Source: an uncultured virus (IMG/VR IMGVR_UViG_3300009285_011187) (taxonomy: Duplodnaviria; Heunggongvirae; Uroviricota; Caudoviricetes). Taken from it: 64,000 nucleotides of DNA. Positions 55,860-64,000 of the stretch are shown piece by piece. The stretch lies in IMG/VR virus record IMGVR_UViG_3300009285_011187; one strand, written 5' to 3'. The position numbers and the translations under genes are program-made. Position 1 is the stretch's first letter; every line of letters starts with the position of its first letter. The notes below the pieces were generated by a model that had not been told where the DNA came from, searched no databases, and worked only from the letters and a program-made list of their open reading frames with translations.

Positions 55860-56459
55860 CTAAGCTGTAGTAACAGTCGTGGTGGTTGTGGTGCTGGTTG
55901 TCGTGGTCATGCTGGTCGTGGTCGTTGTCATTGTCGTCGACGTAGTAGAAATTGTTGAAGCCGTAGTTGACGACGAAGACGTTGTAGAACTACTGGTCGA
56001 GGTGGTTGACGACGAAGACGTTGTAGAACTACTGGTCGAGGTGGTTGACGACGAAGACGTTGTCGTAGAAGTGCTAGTTGAGGTTGTTGTCGTTGTTGGT
56101 ACCGTACTAACAGTGTTGCCACTCACCCTTATTTCAACCAACTGATCTGCCAACGATTGAGCACGCATAACAACGCCATTGATATACTCGCCTCTGCCGG
56201 CTATTACAGCCTTACCAAGTCCGTTGGTCGTGACTTTGTCGCCTACGCCCAGGGCTTCGCCGGCAGTAATCAGTCCGGTGCCGTCAACAATGATGGCGAA
56301 TGTCTGCCCATCAATGGCGCTGTCCATAGCAATGCCTTTGGCCAGTTGGCCCTTGGCATTGCACTGGGCATCGCTGTAATTAATAAACCGGCGACCAGTG
56401 ACTGCTCCACTTGCTACGCCAGTTGTCTTCCGGCGTGGCTTTTCCGTATGCAATCCCAT
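55860..56459 (-). CDS. capsid cement/decoration protein with long Thr/Ser tail
   Basis: DUF2190-like AGEALGVGDKVTTNGLGKAV domain; ~80-aa T/S tail; paralog of 56475-56903. Confidence 0.75.
   Translation of the reverse strand: MGLHTEKPRRKTTGVASGAVTGRRFINYSDAQCNAKGQLAKGIAMDSAIDGQTFAIIVDGTGLITAGEALGVGDKVTTNGLGKAVIAGRGEYINGVVMRAQSLADQLVEIRVSGNTVSTVPTTTTTSTSTSTTTSSSSTTSTSSSTTSSSSTTSTSSSTTSSSSTTASTISTTSTTMTTTTTSMTTTTSTTTTTTVTTA
55966..56063. repeat. perfect 39-bp tandem repeat (~2.5 copies) in the decoration-protein tail
   Basis: unit GTTGACGACGAAGACGTTGTAGAACTACTGGTCGAGGTG. Confidence 0.85.
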
Positions 56460-56474
56460 AATTCAAAGCCTCCT

Positions 56475-56903
56475 TTAGGCTGTCGTTGTGGTCGTTGTGG
56501 TCGTTGTCGTGGTTGTGGTCGTTGTCGATGTGGACGTCGTCGGAACGGTGCTGACCATATTGCCACCGACTCTGATTTCCACAAGCTGGTCTGGAATGAG
56601 TTGCTGGCGCATAACTACGCCGTTAACGTAATCCCCCTGGCCGGCGACAACCGCCTTGCCCAGGCCGTTTGTGGTAACTTGCACACCGGCGTTCAACGCC
56701 TCGCCTGCAGCTACCAGACCGGTTCCGTCAATGATAATGCCAAAACTTTGACCATCTATGGCATTATCGATAGCGATGCCCTTGGCTAACTGCCCTTTGG
56801 CGTTGCACACAGCATCGCTGTAATTGACAAACCGGCGCGCCGTCACGGCGCCGCTGGCCGTCCCGGTTGTAATAGTTCCGGGTTTCTCAGTATGTAAAGA
56901 CAT
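56475..56903 (-). CDS. capsid cement/decoration protein with short Thr tail
   Basis: same domain as 55860-56459; ends in a poly-Thr run. Confidence 0.75.
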   Translation of the reverse strand: MSLHTEKPGTITTGTASGAVTARRFVNYSDAVCNAKGQLAKGIAIDNAIDGQSFGIIIDGTGLVAAGEALNAGVQVTTNGLGKAVVAGQGDYVNGVVMRQQLIPDQLVEIRVGGNMVSTVPTTSTSTTTTTTTTTTTTTTTA

Positions 56904-56928
56904 GATTTATCCTCCCTGTGCGTGATGG

Positions 56929-58470
56929 TTACTGCATGAAGTGTTGCGAGGCAACTTCATAGGATACTTTCTTTTCCTCCATGTAAGCCCTGATCTGAGC
57001 GTCGAGATCCAACGAAGCTGGGTCAACCTGATCCATCACTTCGCTGTAAGTGGCCGGGAGCGCATTGCCTTTGGAGTCCTTTTGAGCGGCGCTATCCTTA
57101 CTAGCAAATCTCGGTTGCCGCTGGTTGATGACAGGCCTGGCCTCGATGCCTGCCTTAAACTTTGCAGATGGAGGAAGTTGCTTATCCGCAAAAGTAACGC
57201 CCTTTTCCAGGGTCAACAGTTCGGAATACTGATCTACCAATCCCTGCTTTTCTGCAGCCAGGATTTTGCCTTCCTTGACCATCGATTCAGCAAAGCTGGC
57301 AAATTCGGCAACACGATCAGCGTCCTTCGCGACCTTTAGGGTCGTGACGTCTGCCGCCAGTGCCGTAGCCGTATCGGAAAATTTCTTTACCGAGCTATCC
57401 AGCTTTGTAACGGTTTCAGCAAGAGCGGTAATTCCTTTCGCAGCTTCGCCAAACGCGGCCACCTGGGTCTCGATTTTGGCAAGACGATCGTCTAACGCTT
57501 TCTTTTCTTCTGGTGTCATGTGGTCCTCCTGTGAGTCTGAATATTTTGATTGCGGTTCATCAGGGATGTATGTCTCGGTAGCCGACTTCATCAAAGAGTT
57601 AATGGAGTTTTTGTCCAGGATCTTATTCGCCGTATCCAGCCCGAACTTCTCGATAAAGAAGTCACGGATAGAGGAAAATAGCCTACCGATTGCCGGCACA
57701 CGGTATTCATCCGTTGCCCAACCAGCAAATGCCGTTTCCAGTTCCTCAAATTCTTCTGTCGCCGAAAAAGCTACCGGCACAAGGCCCTTGACCGCAGGTG
57801 GCGTCGCGCCGAGCAAGCCTACATGACGCAGAAGTTTATTGGGATACAACGCGATGCTGACAAATTTGTAAGCTCCGCTCTTGGTGGAGTCCTTGGCATA
57901 CTGACTCACCTGATCACAAAAAGCGTACAGCTTGTTGCCGATCACCTTTAACGTCTGAATCCAACCATGGGCCGGATCGTCGGTTGCTGGATGACCAAAA
58001 ACAAGTGGCGCCTTATGTTCTGTTTGAGCATTGTAGAGATCAGCGATCTCGGCAATGTCTTCATGGCTGTATGTTTTAACCGTACCGTTACTGGCGGTGT
58101 GGGTTCCGGTCTTAAAAACTTCTATCCACATGGCGTCGCTATCGTCATGTTCAGTTTTGCAGGCTGGCATGTCCGGATATTTTTTGCAGACAGCTTTCAT
58201 AACTGCGGCATGATCCTTGGTACCAGCTGCGCGTGCCAGTGCATTGGCGGCGTGGGCCTTGTCATGTATAGGGAACCGACGCTCCTTTGAAAAAACAAAA
58301 GCGCTGTCCGGTAGGGCATTGCGTGTAGCGGATGTAAGTTGCTTGTACTCGAGGCCGGCATATTCCGCATAAGCAATTGACGCTGCGATATCGGCATCCA
58401 TGCCGCGCGTTGCGAGCTCCTCAATGCGCTGCTTCATGTAATCTGACAACATACAGTTAACCGGTTGCAT
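56929..58470 (-). CDS. Mu-like prohead protease/scaffold
   Basis: WIEVFKTG, APLVFGHP..DDPAHGW, YKFVSIALY, LRHVGLLGATPPAVKGL; coiled-coil C-terminus. Confidence 0.85.
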   Translation of the reverse strand: MQPVNCMLSDYMKQRIEELATRGMDADIAASIAYAEYAGLEYKQLTSATRNALPDSAFVFSKERRFPIHDKAHAANALARAAGTKDHAAVMKAVCKKYPDMPACKTEHDDSDAMWIEVFKTGTHTASNGTVKTYSHEDIAEIADLYNAQTEHKAPLVFGHPATDDPAHGWIQTLKVIGNKLYAFCDQVSQYAKDSTKSGAYKFVSIALYPNKLLRHVGLLGATPPAVKGLVPVAFSATEEFEELETAFAGWATDEYRVPAIGRLFSSIRDFFIEKFGLDTANKILDKNSINSLMKSATETYIPDEPQSKYSDSQEDHMTPEEKKALDDRLAKIETQVAAFGEAAKGITALAETVTKLDSSVKKFSDTATALAADVTTLKVAKDADRVAEFASFAESMVKEGKILAAEKQGLVDQYSELLTLEKGVTFADKQLPPSAKFKAGIEARPVINQRQPRFASKDSAAQKDSKGNALPATYSEVMDQVDPASLDLDAQIRAYMEEKKVSYEVASQHFMQ

Positions 58471-59794
58471 TTGCCTGCCTCCTCTGATTCTTGATGTCTA
58501 ATATCTTTCTGGCGCCTTTTCTTTCTTTTTTGGTCCCAGTTACCTGCAACTTGGAAGGATTGACAATCTCGTCTTCTAGATCGTCTTCCTGGAGCCGGTA
58601 TGCGCGTACAAAGTAAGATTTTTTGAAAATTACACCAGCCCGGGACAGCGCTTCATCGCGCGTCGCCCGCTTATCATCGACCTCATTTTCGTGAAAAGCT
58701 ATAACCCGCGGCCGCGGAGCCTGGGCGTAGCCATTGCGATAAAAAATCATGTTAATGATGTCATCCCAGATCGAGGCTACCATTCTTTTATCCCGGTCCT
58801 GGATATCGTCACGGACTGTCAGAGCTCCGGCTGTTGCTGCATAGCTGCCCTTTTGCCCGGCGTCTGTGGAAAGCGTATGACCCAAAATGCGTTTAGATAT
58901 CTGGGAATCCATAAAATCACACATCTGTTTAAAGCCGTCGTTATTTTGACGCGCACTGCGCTGTTCCAGCAATTCAACTTCTTTGTTCTCGGAAAGCGCG
59001 ATCACGGCATCCTGGACCAGGCCTTTTAAATCGGTTGCAAAGGCAGTCAAATCCTCACTTTTGGCACTAGGGCCTTTAATCGTCCCTTTGACCCATGGCG
59101 TGCCAAAGCGCTCCAAACAGTTAAGCCAGAATTCTAGTCCCGCACGCTTAAAAACGATGGGCCAAAAACATTGAGTGGCAACGCCGCGACCGTAGGGATT
59201 GTCAAAGGTAGGCTTGAAGCGTGGACAAATCAAAGTCCATTCATCTGGCGGCGGCTCGCCGTTAATCATGTCTTTCTTGGAAATAAATCGCAGTTCAGGG
59301 ACTCCATCGCTGGGAATAAAAAAATGGAACCAGTCTGGCGGCAACGGCGTAATCTCCAACGGCATCCACAACCCACTAAAGTAATCCCAGGTTAATTCTG
59401 CCGGTTGATAGCCCCAATAAATGACATCCAGCAAGTTCGATGTGAGCTCGTCCCGTGACAGATCCTCTACCCTCATTTTCCGTTCAATGATGGAGAAAAA
59501 CCATGTTTTGATGGCTTTATACAAAAATTCAGGACATTCGCCGCGTTCGATACGCCAATCGTAAGCCATGGTAGCCGACTCCCGTGATTCAAGTGTGGCG
59601 ATCAGGTGTGCGTCAGACATCAATTCCCGGTAAATGGCCATCGTCTGCCCGCGCTTTTCCAGTACGCGATCCGGGTTCGGCAGTCGCTGGTTAAGAACCA
59701 GCCAGGCTTGCGAAGTGGTCTGGTAGTTGTACTTTGTTTTCCCGTAAGGAATGACAACCGACTGTGGATCGCGTGGTTTACGCCGTCTCGACAT
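58457..59794 (-). CDS. portal protein (Mu gp29/DUF935-like)
   Basis: NPYGRG...WP..FKR...W...LERFGTP, ISKRILGHTLST, GSYAA. Confidence 0.9.
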   Translation of the reverse strand: MSRRRKPRDPQSVVIPYGKTKYNYQTTSQAWLVLNQRLPNPDRVLEKRGQTMAIYRELMSDAHLIATLESRESATMAYDWRIERGECPEFLYKAIKTWFFSIIERKMRVEDLSRDELTSNLLDVIYWGYQPAELTWDYFSGLWMPLEITPLPPDWFHFFIPSDGVPELRFISKKDMINGEPPPDEWTLICPRFKPTFDNPYGRGVATQCFWPIVFKRAGLEFWLNCLERFGTPWVKGTIKGPSAKSEDLTAFATDLKGLVQDAVIALSENKEVELLEQRSARQNNDGFKQMCDFMDSQISKRILGHTLSTDAGQKGSYAATAGALTVRDDIQDRDKRMVASIWDDIINMIFYRNGYAQAPRPRVIAFHENEVDDKRATRDEALSRAGVIFKKSYFVRAYRLQEDDLEDEIVNPSKLQVTGTKKERKGARKILDIKNQRRQANATG

Positions 59795-60221
59795 TGACAG
59801 CTCCTATCAGTAAATTGCCCTCAGCCTGCCGGCGCCGGATCAGGCCAGGCAGCTTTCTGCCGCCGCCAAAGACCCATTTCTGCAGCTCCAGATACGCGCC
59901 ATGGATATCGCCTGCATTAACTCTGCGTCTCAATGTGGATCCCGCAAGTCTAGTAGCGCCAAGGTTATAAGTAAAATCAGCAATTGCGGCTAGTTGTGGG
60001 CCGGCAAGTCCTGGACACAGTTTCATGGTGGCTCGCATAGCGATACCGGCATCCCGGCCAAGCCGAACTTCGGCCTGTCCGACCGAGAACATCATGCCTG
60101 GTTTTATGTCTGGGCCAGTGGCGCCATACATGGCAGTCCACACGCCGGCCGGACATGGGTAGGCCCGCAGTCGCAGTCCCTCGAACAGACGAATTAAGGA
60201 TTTAAGTATCTTAATAGCCAA
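59778..60221 (-). CDS. endolysin (GH24 lysozyme)
   Basis: FEGLRLRAYPCPAGVWT, DFTYNLG, GGGRKLPGLIRRRQAE. Confidence 0.9.
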   Translation of the reverse strand: MAIKILKSLIRLFEGLRLRAYPCPAGVWTAMYGATGPDIKPGMMFSVGQAEVRLGRDAGIAMRATMKLCPGLAGPQLAAIADFTYNLGATRLAGSTLRRRVNAGDIHGAYLELQKWVFGGGRKLPGLIRRRQAEGNLLIGAVNVETA

Positions 60222-60753
60222 GGCGCTTCCTCAGTGAACGGTCAACAAACCAGAACCCCAGAATCATAAAGAGAATGGATGAATCTTCCCTGGTCCATAA
60301 CACAACCAGAAAAGCTTCAAATGTTTGCGCTGTGATGGCGGCTGAAACAATGACGCATAGTTTGTAAATAGTGAACAACACCATCCACCAGTAAGTAATG
60401 ATTGGGCGTATGGTCGCACTAAGCGCATCGGCCCATGGCAATCCGATGACCGCGGGTGGCTTGATCGCTTCAAGGTATGCCTGCATCTCCAGGCGCCGTT
60501 CGTCGGCGTCTACCTGTGAATCAATAGTTTGGCGCGTCTCGGCGCTCTCGGCATGGAGTTTATCTATTGCCAACTTGGACCGCAGTTCGTCGATCTTGTA
60601 TTGCAGCTCGGTCATTCTATATTCGTGGTCGTGGTCTTTCTTCGCCGTCCAAATTTTCATGAACTCTGGGATCAGGCGCATAAAAGCGCCGGCGCCGCCA
60701 GCGAGAATCGGACCGAGACCGCCAGTAAAGATAGCAAGTAGTGCTTCAATCAT
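60211..60753 (-). CDS. holin-like membrane protein
   Basis: hydrophobic N-terminus, IRPIITY, ILGFWFVDRS; adjacent to the lysozyme. Confidence 0.7.
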   Translation of the reverse strand: MIEALLAIFTGGLGPILAGGAGAFMRLIPEFMKIWTAKKDHDHEYRMTELQYKIDELRSKLAIDKLHAESAETRQTIDSQVDADERRLEMQAYLEAIKPPAVIGLPWADALSATIRPIITYWWMVLFTIYKLCVIVSAAITAQTFEAFLVVLWTREDSSILFMILGFWFVDRSLRKRLGY

Positions 60754-60894
60754 ACGCGCTCCTTAAATAAACGACGTTGCTTGATCTCATCTTTTTCGAG
60801 TCGAAATCGGCATTGACCCTCGGTGCAGTGATCGCATGGAAGATTGCGGCGCCTGCACCAAGGAAACACAAAAATAATATGCATCGACAGGACC

Positions 60895-61221
60895 TCATTT
60901 AAGGGCTCCCGGATTAGTAAGTATAAATTTCCATATTCCGCCGATAATCGACAAAAGGGCCGCAATTGTCAGGGCGGTGATTACAGCTTCCCTGCGATTT
61001 TTTTTTGGTTTGTTTTGCTCTTCGATGGTGATTTCACGGGTTACATGTTCATCATACTTGGCAAACTTGCCGGCGCAGCGCGTTTGATGATCCATTACTT
61101 CCTGGCGGATACATTCAATGCCAGTTTCAACCTTTAAATGGACGTTTTGAAATCCTGTACTCATTTCTTGTCTTATCAAATTAACAGATGCTAATATTTG
61201 AGCGGCCAGGGCTTCGTCCAT
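60895..61221 (-). CDS. hypothetical membrane protein (lysis-associated?)
   Basis: GGAGG RBS; C-terminal transmembrane helix. Confidence 0.55.
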   Translation of the reverse strand: MDEALAAQILASVNLIRQEMSTGFQNVHLKVETGIECIRQEVMDHQTRCAGKFAKYDEHVTREITIEEQNKPKKNRREAVITALTIAALLSIIGGIWKFILTNPGALK

Positions 61222-61372
61222 ATTAAAGAGCCTCCAAAGGCGGTAGATATCACCTACAATTTATCTACTATGATTCCGTGCTTTCGGATGTTCGTTAAAA
61301 AGTCAATAGTAGAAATGCATTTATTTTTAAAAAAAGGTAAAAAATTTTTTAGTGGATTATATACCAGCAGGT

Positions 61373-63007
61373 TTAACGTGCAGGTAAAGAAGTGAATCCT
61401 TCAAGCAGTTTCATTGACTTGCGACCACCAGCGGTGACTATCCCGCCACTCCTGGCTGTGACGAGCGTCATCAAAAAAGAGATCGCCTGACTGGTGCTAT
61501 CAGCATCGTCCTTAAATTCAGTGTTCGGAAAATTAGCCATCATGTCGACATAGTCCTGAACCCAGGGTACGTTGCCTGGCAACCAGCAGCGGTGCGACTC
61601 CACTGTCGGAGATATATATAGCGCCCTGGTTTCCTTGCTTTCATTGCCCGGATTGACACGGATTACCGGAATAGACGTCTCCTGCTCCAGGCACGAAGCC
61701 AGGGCCTGCCCGGAATCCTTGTCCTCGATCAGCACGACATCCGGACGCCAAAGATTATACTGGTCTCCTGCGGCTTTGCGCAACTGTGGAAACTCCATCC
61801 GGTCCTGGAAGCGATCCAGTAGCGCAAAGCCCTGGTCGAACAAGCCCCAGGTCTGGCAGTTGCTCTGAGCCGAAGTGTCGCCTCTCTTAGATGCCGTGTC
61901 CCAGGATTGGACAATATAGTAGCACCGTGGCACTGTGGAATAATACTGCCAATACTTGCGCAGGAATAAGTTACCTTCCTCAGAGGACGGCCGCTGTTGA
62001 AATAGCGCGTTCCACACCTTGCGCGGCGTGTTAGCCCTGATCCGCTCCAGCGCTTTCTCGTCGCGGCGTTGCGGGCAAAGCGCCTCTCCAATGGAGCGGC
62101 CAATAAAGTCGTCAGCTTCAGCGATTGCCGGCAGCCTGATATATATCCAGCCATCATCTTTTTTTTCACGCATTACGTAGCCAATCGCGTCATCCTCGTG
62201 CCAGCGCGTCATCAGTAAAATTGCCGTGGCGCCCGGTTCCATCCTGGTCAGGAATGTCGAATCGAGCCAATCATGCACGCCTTTCCTTATAGTGTAAGAC
62301 ATAACCTCGGCCCAGTTTTTGTGCAGGTCGTCGCCGATTAACAAGTGCGCACCTTCGCCGGTCAGCGGCCCGCCAACGCCGGCAGTAATCATACCACCCC
62401 CTTCAGTGGTAAGCCAGCGCGCCGAAGCTGTGGCGTCCTCAGCAATCACGACGCCGAGTTCAGGATGTTCCTGGAAAATATTGCGGTCAGTCCGGCCCCA
62501 CTTCGCCGCGAACTTGGCTTCATATGTGGCCAGAATCACGTTTTTCTGCGGCCAGTTAGTCAAAAACCAGACCGGCAGCCACTGGGAAATGAACATACTT
62601 TTGCCATGTCGCGGCGGCACTGACACAAGTATGCGTCCGTCTCCCTTAGCAATCTCGTTGGTGATGATGTGAGACAATATGACAAGATAGTCATAAGGTA
62701 TCCAGGCGCCACGGCTTGTGTGAGCGGCCAGTGTGTGCGGCAATAACTTCCATGGGGTAGGCGGGACCCAATCCAGAAACTGTCTATAGCCCATCGATGT
62801 CGTAGCGGTCTGGTTCTCCGTCTTCAATCTCCTCGCGCTCACTCTCCCCGGAATGCCGGCCCGTCTCGAAGTCCTTGTCACTATTCTGTGGTTGGAGCTG
62901 TATATCTCCCCCCCGGTCGACTCCAGGCAGGTCAATACATCCAGGCCCGCCTGCGCCTCGGCCCTCTGCCAGTCCTCCCATTCCCGCAACTTCTCTTCCA
63001 GGCTCAC
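61373..63007 (-). CDS. terL: terminase large subunit
   Basis: VPPRHGKS Walker A, IGDDLHK Walker B, MTRWHEDD, QSWDTASK, IEDKDSG, DDADSTSQA. Confidence 0.92.
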   Translation of the reverse strand: MSLEEKLREWEDWQRAEAQAGLDVLTCLESTGGEIYSSNHRIVTRTSRRAGIPGRVSARRLKTENQTATTSMGYRQFLDWVPPTPWKLLPHTLAAHTSRGAWIPYDYLVILSHIITNEIAKGDGRILVSVPPRHGKSMFISQWLPVWFLTNWPQKNVILATYEAKFAAKWGRTDRNIFQEHPELGVVIAEDATASARWLTTEGGGMITAGVGGPLTGEGAHLLIGDDLHKNWAEVMSYTIRKGVHDWLDSTFLTRMEPGATAILLMTRWHEDDAIGYVMREKKDDGWIYIRLPAIAEADDFIGRSIGEALCPQRRDEKALERIRANTPRKVWNALFQQRPSSEEGNLFLRKYWQYYSTVPRCYYIVQSWDTASKRGDTSAQSNCQTWGLFDQGFALLDRFQDRMEFPQLRKAAGDQYNLWRPDVVLIEDKDSGQALASCLEQETSIPVIRVNPGNESKETRALYISPTVESHRCWLPGNVPWVQDYVDMMANFPNTEFKDDADSTSQAISFLMTLVTARSGGIVTAGGRKSMKLLEGFTSLPAR

Positions 63008-63737
63008 TTACCGCCTCCACATTTTTTAACGTCTGATCAAGCCGGCGCTGAAAATCCTCACCCTTGTCCTTGCCGCGCAGTGAAATATTGTAACCAAAAG
63101 CCATTGCCGCCAGAAATTCCAATGCCCGTCTGCCGGCAGGGTTCTGGAGGATATTTAAGTATTGCTGGTTAGACATAGTGCGCGGCGTCTTAACGCTTTG
63201 TTGCTTTTCCAGGTCGTTCAGTATCTCAAGTAATCGATCAATTGCCGGTTGTTTTGGGTGCAATTTAATTTTAACAGTATGCCCGCCGCGTTGGTTCGCA
63301 ACGTCGGTTATCTCCATGACGCCGGCACGCTGCAGGTCAGTCAGCTCATCAGAGTCCTTAAGGAAAGTAACGCCGTTACTATTCCACTTAATATAATCAG
63401 ACATCCTGGCCGTGGCCATAGCCTTCAACTCCAGGATCAGGCGATCCACAGTGATATCCAGGCGGGCTGCGATATGCTTCTTCAGTATATCAATATAGGC
63501 CGCAACCTTCTCGTGCTCAAGAACTCTATCAACATTCTTAGACCACATATTTTTCTGGTTAGTGCCGGCCAGCCAGTTTTCAGGATGCCCGTACCCAGCT
63601 TCGTGGAAAGCTAAAAACTTATCATAATGGATAATGTACCGCTCGGCAAACTTGCGTTGTTTTTCAGTCAGATCAAGTAGTGAAATTTGCTCGCGGCGAA
63701 CAATGTCAATAGTATTCATTGCGGGCGACGTAGTCAT
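62784..63737 (-). CDS. terS: terminase small subunit
   Basis: LTEKQRKFAERY...AGY N-terminus, VKIKLHPKQPAIDRL; upstream of terL. Confidence 0.8.
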   Translation of the reverse strand: MTTSPAMNTIDIVRREQISLLDLTEKQRKFAERYIIHYDKFLAFHEAGYGHPENWLAGTNQKNMWSKNVDRVLEHEKVAAYIDILKKHIAARLDITVDRLILELKAMATARMSDYIKWNSNGVTFLKDSDELTDLQRAGVMEITDVANQRGGHTVKIKLHPKQPAIDRLLEILNDLEKQQSVKTPRTMSNQQYLNILQNPAGRRALEFLAAMAFGYNISLRGKDKGEDFQRRLDQTLKNVEAVSEPGREVAGMGGLAEGRGAGGPGCIDLPGVDRGGDIQLQPQNSDKDFETGRHSGESEREEIEDGEPDRYDIDGL

Positions 63738-63914
63738 GGGTAAAAAATATAGTAAAAAAAAACAAAGTCAAGAAAAAATACTTGACAAGGATAAAAGATG
63801 GGGATACAAGACAATCGACTTCCTTGTACAAAGGTGCAGTTCGGTTCGGGCCCCGGCTGCACCTCTTTAAAGATTCAAAACGCATTCCGCCCCAACCCCC
63901 CAAAATTGTTACTC

Positions 63915-63974
63915 TAATCACGATAATCACAATAAAGGGAAAATAATCACCATCTCGTGATTATTGTGATTAAT
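63915..63974. repeat. second cluster of AATCAC(C/A/G)AT iterons in both orientations
   Basis: TAATCACGATAATCACAATAA ... ATAATCACCAT ... GTGATTATTGTGATTAAT; same motif as 20273-20541. Confidence 0.65.
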
Positions 63975-64000
63975 TCAATAAATTCAACTACTTACAAACT

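Noticed and set aside
56929..59794. Transposable Mu-like prophage
   Set aside because: Only the head genes are Mu-like; no MuA/MuB, and the replication module is primase/helicase based.
63782..63870. TTGACA followed by a hairpin (63832-63866) as a small RNA gene
   Set aside because: The -10 element is weak and a single hairpin is not enough evidence; the context is truncated by the window end.

Overview
This window is most of a tailed dsDNA phage genome (siphovirus-like, Mu-type head genes, GTA/lambda-type tail tip), with two convergent arms that meet near 24.7 kb. The + arm (0.3-24.7 kb) holds many small early genes, a GHKL ATPase, a nucleotidyltransferase, an HD hydrolase, a DUF932-like protein, a D-armless tRNA-like element, a SNF2 helicase, an SSB-like protein, an AEP/RepB-type primase, an inverted-repeat origin candidate, a UvrD helicase and a VRR-NUC nuclease. 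The - arm (63.7-24.7 kb) holds terminases, lysis, head and tail genes, then a ~10 kb glycosyltransferase/sugar-modification operon. Two systems stand out. (1) A stand-alone Cas7/RAMP-like gene (23288-23920) is followed directly by a ~440-nt non-coding array of ~85 NGY-NN pentamers, divided into 16 GG-initiated blocks by single-base insertions: a candidate RNA-guided system that is not a CRISPR array (VIPR-like). (2) Six structural proteins carry mucin-like Thr/Ser tracts next to five glycosyltransferases and nucleotide-sugar enzymes: a candidate virion O-glycosylation (phage glycocalyx) system. No integrase, DNA polymerase, reverse transcriptase or canonical CRISPR array was recognised. All family calls come from motif recognition by eye, not database searches.
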